A DNA stretch of 64,000 nt from Sporopachydermia quercuum. Its lineage: Eukaryota. The notes under the pieces are model-generated. The model was not told where the DNA came from. It saw only the letters and a list, made by a program, of their open reading frames with translations, and did not search any database. Within the stretch, counting starts at the first letter, position 1. Every line of letters begins with the position of its first letter. Positions 57,889-64,000 of the stretch are shown piece after piece. The position numbers were made by a program, and so were the translations under genes. The stretch covers positions 322,433-386,432 of the forward strand of contig BCGN01000007.1 in assembly GCA_001599295.1 (NCBI GenBank), written 5' to 3'.

Positions 57889-60468
57889 ATGAGTACTAGA
57901 CTTCAACTCTCTAGTCAGAATCCTAGGCAAATGTCCAGGCAAACAAATACATTCAACCCTTCCACTGAGTCACCGAGGAAACGAAAACAATACAAATTGA
58001 CTAATGATTCCACTGTGCTATTTGAACACAAATCAGCAAAGATATTCCAATACAACCTACCAGAGACTGCTTTTGATTTCGATTCTTTACCTAGCAATAC
58101 CACAAATCAAAACACCAATACCCTAGGCAGCTCATCAGACACTGCCTTCTCGCCTCATAATGGCCAATTGATTGGATTTGGATCATTCAAAATGTTTGAA
58201 ATGCACTCAGGCAATGTCAGGTACCTCCAATGTGGCTCATTAATCTATCCTATTTTACCTAGACTTAGAATATGGCGAAACGCATTCAACGAGCTAATAA
58301 TACCTATATATAACCCTGACAGATGCTGGTGTGTCATATTCGAGGCAATTGATACAGATAGTATGAAAGAGTTAGGCAAAGTGTTACAGAAGTGTTGCTT
58401 CTATAAGGACTCATATAATGACGGAGGTAAAACTGGTGTAGGCATTGGCCTAGGCAGGAATACTAAAGAATACAGGGATATTAGACATACGAAGCCAAGA
58501 AATTCTAGTACTGAGTTAGAGAAAAGCAGATCTATGAATAGTATACCTCGAAGAGATCAAAACATGCCTAATAATTTGCCTAGTCAGTTGCCTTCAGCTC
58601 ATGTCAGTGCAGCTAAAAGCAACCCACCCTCAAATCCTCTCATCTCTAGCTTGAATCCTTTGAAACAACAACTAACAATACACTCAACAGATTATCCACA
58701 GGAATCAATTTATCTTGCTTCAGAACTAAAGAGCAGGTCAGATTCTAGCTTATCAATCGACTCTATTGATTCTATTTCGTCCTCGTTTGCCTGCTTGGAT
58801 TTTGATGTGCCAAAGACTGAGAATGGAACAAATGAGGCAAACGAAGATAATGTCACAAGCGATTCGTTTGACATTGACTCAGGTAATGAGTATGGCTTAA
58901 GTAGTGCACACGATACTGAGGATAATGACATAGAATTCAATGTCGCAAGTAACTCAAATAGTAGCGAGGAGCCAATTGCCAACAATATCATTGATGGCCT
59001 AGGCAATTACTCGTATGGAAAGATACATATCCAGACCCAAGAGCTTCAAAGTACTAATGCTATAGGCAATTCTTCTAGCGTGTCCAATATAACTAGCACC
59101 AGCAATGGCAACTATCAAAACATCGATGATTCTGAGAGTAGTTTTTCTCGTATTAATGACATTGCCAAGAGAGACTCGAACTCCAAGACAAGCAATACCA
59201 GGCATTCAGTCGCAAAAGGTAACAATTACAACGCCCGTGTCAATGCATATGTCTCTGGCATTGTCAATGACACTCTTACGCATAACAGCTCCGATTCTCT
59301 AACAAATATACCCAGGCAATCGACTGATTCCACTACTCTTATTAACGTTGGTACTCCTAACCTCTATAGTACTTTACCAACATTGCCTAACGATGAGTCT
59401 GGTAATGAGCAGGACAATGAGGAAGATTTGACGTTCAACACAGCACCATCAAGCATACATAACGAAGACCTTACACAGGAAATGTCAGAGTACAAAGAAC
59501 TGGAAGCACTTTATGAAATGCAACCCGAGGATGACATTTATGTGCATCTGAGTGACAATGACATGCTGTTTGACTGGTTGATTAACGAAGACGAAACTGA
59601 CGATCTGGATGAGTTAGAGTTAGCCAGTGATTCAGCAAGAAACACCGGAGACTATACGGAAAATGACTCGGATCTAATCGATGACACAGCGAATATAAAG
59701 CCATCACATAATCAAATATTATACCATAGCCAACAAAAGGAAGGGGAAAGGATGACCGAACAGGATGGAAACAATAGTTGGACAAATGAAGGGTACAATG
59801 ACACAATTCCAGATTATAAACGGAAGAATTTGCTTAATGGTTCAATAATGGAGGAAATGGCGGAACCAACCGGAATAACGACAGATAACGGAGAAGATGC
59901 AGTAAAGCGAACACAACCGTCAATAGGGTTTAGCTTCCGAAATGCCTCCGTGAGTAGAATACGGAAAGAAAGTGGAAGCTACAGAGAAAATAACCCAGGA
60001 TCGGAATCTAACAACCCCCCTTCTGATTCTTCCAAGACGGAAACTCCCCGCATAATGCCCCACACCAGATTTCCCAATCTGGTAACTAAACCTACACCAA
60101 AGATAATTCATACTTTATACAAACCGGAGTCTAGCTGGATGAACCCCTCCTTAAACAGTTTAGCTGACTCCTACCTGTCAAAACTTTCATCTGCACGTAC
60201 ATCCGAGCTGCGGAATCCTGCATACAAACTGGAGCAGCATCGGAATAAAGTTTCGGATATATTCCCCAATTCAGCAATAACATCCGTTCTGCTTTCAAAA
60301 GGGCCAAATAGAGCGGAAGAATCGACGGCGCCGACGGAACAGAAACTAGGTTCTAACCGTACTCTCTCATTACAAGATACATTCCTACACCATAAACAAC
60401 AGCATGAAAAAGAAGAGGAAAGCGGGAAAAGTTTTGCTAGGCGGATATTTTCTTCGTTTCTGGGTTGA
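57889..60468 (+). CDS. INP1: Peroxisome inheritance protein Inp1 with long acidic C-terminal extension, 859 aa
   Basis: Basic N-terminal patch (PRKRKQ), VLFEHKSAKIF, IGFGSFKMFEMHSGNVRYLQCGSLIYPILPRLRI; convergent with TOM40. Confidence 0.8.
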   Translation: MSTRLQLSSQNPRQMSRQTNTFNPSTESPRKRKQYKLTNDSTVLFEHKSAKIFQYNLPETAFDFDSLPSNTTNQNTNTLGSSSDTAFSPHNGQLIGFGSFKMFEMHSGNVRYLQCGSLIYPILPRLRIWRNAFNELIIPIYNPDRCWCVIFEAIDTDSMKELGKVLQKCCFYKDSYNDGGKTGVGIGLGRNTKEYRDIRHTKPRNSSTELEKSRSMNSIPRRDQNMPNNLPSQLPSAHVSAAKSNPPSNPLISSLNPLKQQLTIHSTDYPQESIYLASELKSRSDSSLSIDSIDSISSSFACLDFDVPKTENGTNEANEDNVTSDSFDIDSGNEYGLSSAHDTEDNDIEFNVASNSNSSEEPIANNIIDGLGNYSYGKIHIQTQELQSTNAIGNSSSVSNITSTSNGNYQNIDDSESSFSRINDIAKRDSNSKTSNTRHSVAKGNNYNARVNAYVSGIVNDTLTHNSSDSLTNIPRQSTDSTTLINVGTPNLYSTLPTLPNDESGNEQDNEEDLTFNTAPSSIHNEDLTQEMSEYKELEALYEMQPEDDIYVHLSDNDMLFDWLINEDETDDLDELELASDSARNTGDYTENDSDLIDDTANIKPSHNQILYHSQQKEGERMTEQDGNNSWTNEGYNDTIPDYKRKNLLNGSIMEEMAEPTGITTDNGEDAVKRTQPSIGFSFRNASVSRIRKESGSYRENNPGSESNNPPSDSSKTETPRIMPHTRFPNLVTKPTPKIIHTLYKPESSWMNPSLNSLADSYLSKLSSARTSELRNPAYKLEQHRNKVSDIFPNSAITSVLLSKGPNRAEESTAPTEQKLGSNRTLSLQDTFLHHKQQHEKEEESGKSFARRIFSSFLG

Positions 60469-62018
60469 TATTTGAAGCCGAGAATCCGGGGTAAACAAGA
60501 TACAGTGCGAGTATCAGGAATTTATAATTCGGAGATGATTTTTTTTTTTGTTAAGCGGGAGAATAGTTGTGGTAAAAACGACGATGACACCTTGTATTGA
60601 TGAAATATTGCTGGAGATCACGGAAACTATCATCAGAGTGGTGGTCAACTCATTATTTNCTCACTACAAACAAGAGCTGTTATAGTAAAAGTTCATTTCA
60701 ATTCATTTATTTCCATTCCATAGAAAATCAACTAACAGAAAGAAAGAAAGGAAGAAAGAAAACATCAAACAACATTGGAAAGAAAGGATAAAACGAAACA
60801 AGAGAAAGAAAAGTAAAAGGAATAAATGAAAAAGAAGGAAAGAAAGGAAAGATGAGATTTTTATACAAGAATTATTCTTAAGCATAAGAATAATTAGAGG
60901 CGAAGAAAAGGAATGAGAAGCAAGGAGAGCGGAAAAATCAAAGAAATTTGATTAAAAAAAGGAAGAAATCAGAGGACGAAAAGAATAACAATTATAATAA
61001 TACTCAATTGTATGAATATACGAATATTCAGCGGACAACTTTGTAGTTTGTTGGTTGTAGTGCGTTGTAAAATATAATTGACAAATGATATTATTTGCTG
61101 TTGATTAGCTCTTGACGGATTAATTGAATTTGTTGAACAATGAATGACAATTAATTAGCAATTGATACAGTTGTCGTAATTATGAAAGAGTAATAGCAAT
61201 GATAACAGTAAAATGATAGTCAGTTATAATAATAACAATCAAAGTTCTGATATTCGTACTTGCATTAATAATAGAATTGATGATATTTGATAATATCTGC
61301 ACAAACAATAATGACAGTAATTAAAATACCTCCAGTAGCAACAAGAACAATAATCACAATAACATCAGCGCTAATTATAATTCAGTTANTTAGTGCAAAT
61401 TGAAATGTAGCCTTTGACTATAATTGCATTTATTGTTGTTACTTACGGTTATCGAATACTATTAAACAGCTCAATCGCAATCATAATGTGTTATTCTGTA
61501 TTATCAAACGATTGTTTGTCTTTTTTTTGCTGCTGATAGTGAGAATAACAATATTACTAATAACAACAGTAAGAACAATAATAACGACAATGACAGCGAC
61601 ATAGCCACATAGTTGCTAATAATAAACAGAGTCTGAAATTCATTATTGGATGCAATGGGATTTTGCTTATACCGTAAATGATGTTGATATTCTCTTCAAT
61701 GACATTACTATTTCAATCCTATTACTATCAGACTTCATATTGTCATATTGCTCATACACTATTATCAATAACTCCATAACTGCAGGCTTTCTAATTTCTC
61801 CTCGATATCAACACTAATACTAATATTAACATCACCACATCAGTTTATTCACTTCATTGCTTTAGTTCAACCAGTTTCACCAATCAATTCATCAGCTTCA
61901 CCAATCAATAGCTCATTTCTCAATTCTTTACCAACTTTCCATCCTCTCTTCCAATCATTCTCTGAGATTCAATCATCAACACAACTCTCCTTACCCCTCC
62001 ATCCGCTCACTGACTACT

Positions 62019-63146
62019 CTAAAATGCAACACCAGCTTCTTGCATTTGCTGTTGTTGAACCATAACAGCCTCAGTGCTGCTTTGAATTTGACAACCAATT
62101 CCAATTCGCGAGGTATGCTTGAATTGATCGATTTCTCCTGAAAACAAGACGGAGACAACAGGCAAAACTCTCTTCTCCAAAACAACAGCTACTTTTCCAT
62201 CAGTATCCAATTGACCTCTGAACACACTATTGACGAATTCATACTTCGCACCAACAGTTGTTTTGCCGTCAACTTTAGGAGCATAGCCTACGATGCCATA
62301 AGGGCTTTGAATAGGAACAACAGAAGCAGTGATGGTACTTTCTAAACCAACTTCTACCTTATCAGTGACTTTCCTCCAGAAAGCAGCCGAAATTCCACCA
62401 GTTCCTGTTAATTGACCAGTAAGAATCCAATTTCCAGCGTTGTATCTTGCCAAATAACTGACCATAGCTTCTCTAGGGTACATTGGATTGATTGCTTGCA
62501 TAGTAGCTTCTAAGCCAATGGCCAATTTACTGGTTAATGCTTGCAATAATGAACCAGACACAATTCCTGAGAAGCCTCCTTGCAACAGAGATGGATTGGC
62601 AACTTTCAAGTTCACACTGAAGTCATTTCCTTGGTAATCTTGTTCCAATTGAACCATAGAAGGTTGTCCTTTCATTTGCTGGAATAGAATCTTGGTCACG
62701 GAATTTTTATCCCAGGTGTAAATCAATCTACCAAACTTTGACCATTCATTGTCAGTGGAAGCAACAGCAACGAGTTTTTCTGATTGGAAAACGGGGGTGA
62801 ATGAAAATGGTGGAGTAGTTTTACTGCCAGAAGTGAAGCTTTGGGTCACTTGGAACATTGGGTTCATGTTGATGATCTTCATGAAGTCAGCTTTGAGACC
62901 TTCGAAGAAAATAGAGTTGACAAATACATCTTTTGTGACTTCTTTGTCTAGATCTTCTACTGTACCAGGGTTGATTAGGTTGAGAGAAGAGCGATGATTT
63001 GCTATAGAGCTGTACACTTCGTTGACGTAGGAAAACACTGGGTTTGATGACCAGAACGAAGATTGCGATTGTTTTTCAGGGAGAATGCTGGGGATTGTTG
63101 GATGGATAGGTGGTAGACCTAGCGGTGTTGTAGTTTGGGAGGCCAT
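62019..63146 (-). CDS. TOM40: Mitochondrial outer-membrane translocase pore Tom40
   Basis: LNLINPGTVEDLDKEV, FEGLKADF, NPMFQVTQSF, QLEQDYQGNDFS, AFWRKVTDKVEVG, TVGAKYEF, FRGQLDTDG. Confidence 0.96.
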   Translation of the reverse strand: MASQTTTPLGLPPIHPTIPSILPEKQSQSSFWSSNPVFSYVNEVYSSIANHRSSLNLINPGTVEDLDKEVTKDVFVNSIFFEGLKADFMKIINMNPMFQVTQSFTSGSKTTPPFSFTPVFQSEKLVAVASTDNEWSKFGRLIYTWDKNSVTKILFQQMKGQPSMVQLEQDYQGNDFSVNLKVANPSLLQGGFSGIVSGSLLQALTSKLAIGLEATMQAINPMYPREAMVSYLARYNAGNWILTGQLTGTGGISAAFWRKVTDKVEVGLESTITASVVPIQSPYGIVGYAPKVDGKTTVGAKYEFVNSVFRGQLDTDGKVAVVLEKRVLPVVSVLFSGEIDQFKHTSRIGIGCQIQSSTEAVMVQQQQMQEAGVAF

Positions 63147-63965
63147 AATGCTAGAGATTTGGTTAGTACAGTGGGCAGAAGGTGAAAGAGGAAGATGCGA
63201 CGGTATATTGGACGGAAATTTGGCTTAAGAGCAAGAACCACAGCAGCAAATAACAGTAAATGACAGTAAATGACAATCCAAGAAGATTCTAGAGCTATTT
63301 TTACAATAACAGCGAACAGGGAAACTGTTGGAAGCGACAGTCATCACATTCACAAGTTAAACTGTCCGAGGAAGAGCAGGCAATCCAATCAACAAGATAA
63401 ACAGCTTACAGCTATAAATCACCTTCGGCTATTTCAGTAAAGAATAATCACTTCCTTGGCTTGTTACAAGTATCGTTTCCAATTTCTCTTCATTTGTCCC
63501 ATTCTATTCAAAAGCTCTTGCTTATTCCTCTTGTACTATATTGAAGCTATCAGTCATCAGCTATCAGTCATAAGCAATAATTTTAATTGATTTAAGCCTG
63601 CGCAGCAGCTAAAAAGCAGACAGGTATTTACACAAACCTCCTATGTCATGCTGACTGCTATTTTCCTTATTGTCATTAATTTCCCGTTCTGATAGGTCCT
63701 TGGCTTTGAGGGTAGTGTGATCGATCATCTATCAACAATAGCAACATGTCCTTCAGTATACACATTCTTGTTGCTGGAGTGTCCTTTGAATGATTTCCAA
63801 CTCTGAATAAAACATCAACATCACCTTTCCGCCTCAATTACCTCATTTTCCAATAGAAACTGTAAATACATACTTAAACTTCAATCAATTCAATGCTTCT
63901 TCAGCTATTTGTTACTGGACGTTTGATCAAGCACAGTAGCAATCAATGGCAAATCTATCAACAAA

Positions 63966-64000
63966 ATGTCGAGAAAAAAAGGGTTTTCCGTTAAACGATT
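63966..64000 (+). CDS. Possible start of a gene running off the window (MSRKKGFSVKR...)
   Basis: AAAATGTC start context and an open frame to the window end; too short to verify. Confidence 0.3.
   Translation, partial: MSRKKGFSVKR

Noticed and set aside
921..61389. Scattered single N bases
   Set aside because: Probably masked heterozygous or ambiguous sites in the assembly; reading frames are preserved across them.
3484..62997. Many short antisense or alternate-frame ORFs in the track
   Set aside because: They are shadows of real genes or low-complexity repeats; many start at non-ATG codons.

Overview
AT-rich nuclear DNA from a budding yeast (Saccharomycotina). CTG codons occupy conserved Leu positions (DCN1 'KYLKK', PRP2 'KALQLLY'), so the code looks standard. 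Multi-intron genes with GTATGT/GTAAGT donors and relaxed branch points suggest an early-diverging lineage. About 22 protein genes are present: DIP2 (partial), DCN1 (4 introns), TAF12 (1 intron), RIM15, a PPR-like protein, NPP1/2, PXP1 (1 intron), SLM5, MMS21, CTF8, an Eaf5-like protein with an intact bromodomain, TIM9 (1 intron), TAL1, SPP41, an unidentified gene, PRX1, a degenerate Gyp5-like TBC protein, an LRR protein, PRP2, INP1, TOM40, and a possible gene start at the right edge. No tRNA, rRNA or CRISPR was seen. The most interesting items are: (1) an apparent Eaf5-to-BRD8/Bdc1 intermediate at the EAF5 syntenic position; (2) an LRRC58-like LRR/BC-box/Cys-rich putative cullin ligase receptor; (3) a possible 4/2/4-nt micro-exon chain; (4) a candidate 5'UTR intron in SPP41; (5) a Rab pseudo-GAP; (6) a decayed hAT-like relic; (7) deep microsynteny with S. 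cerevisiae. All homology calls come from reading motifs by eye and from recalled reference sequences and gene names; no searches were run.
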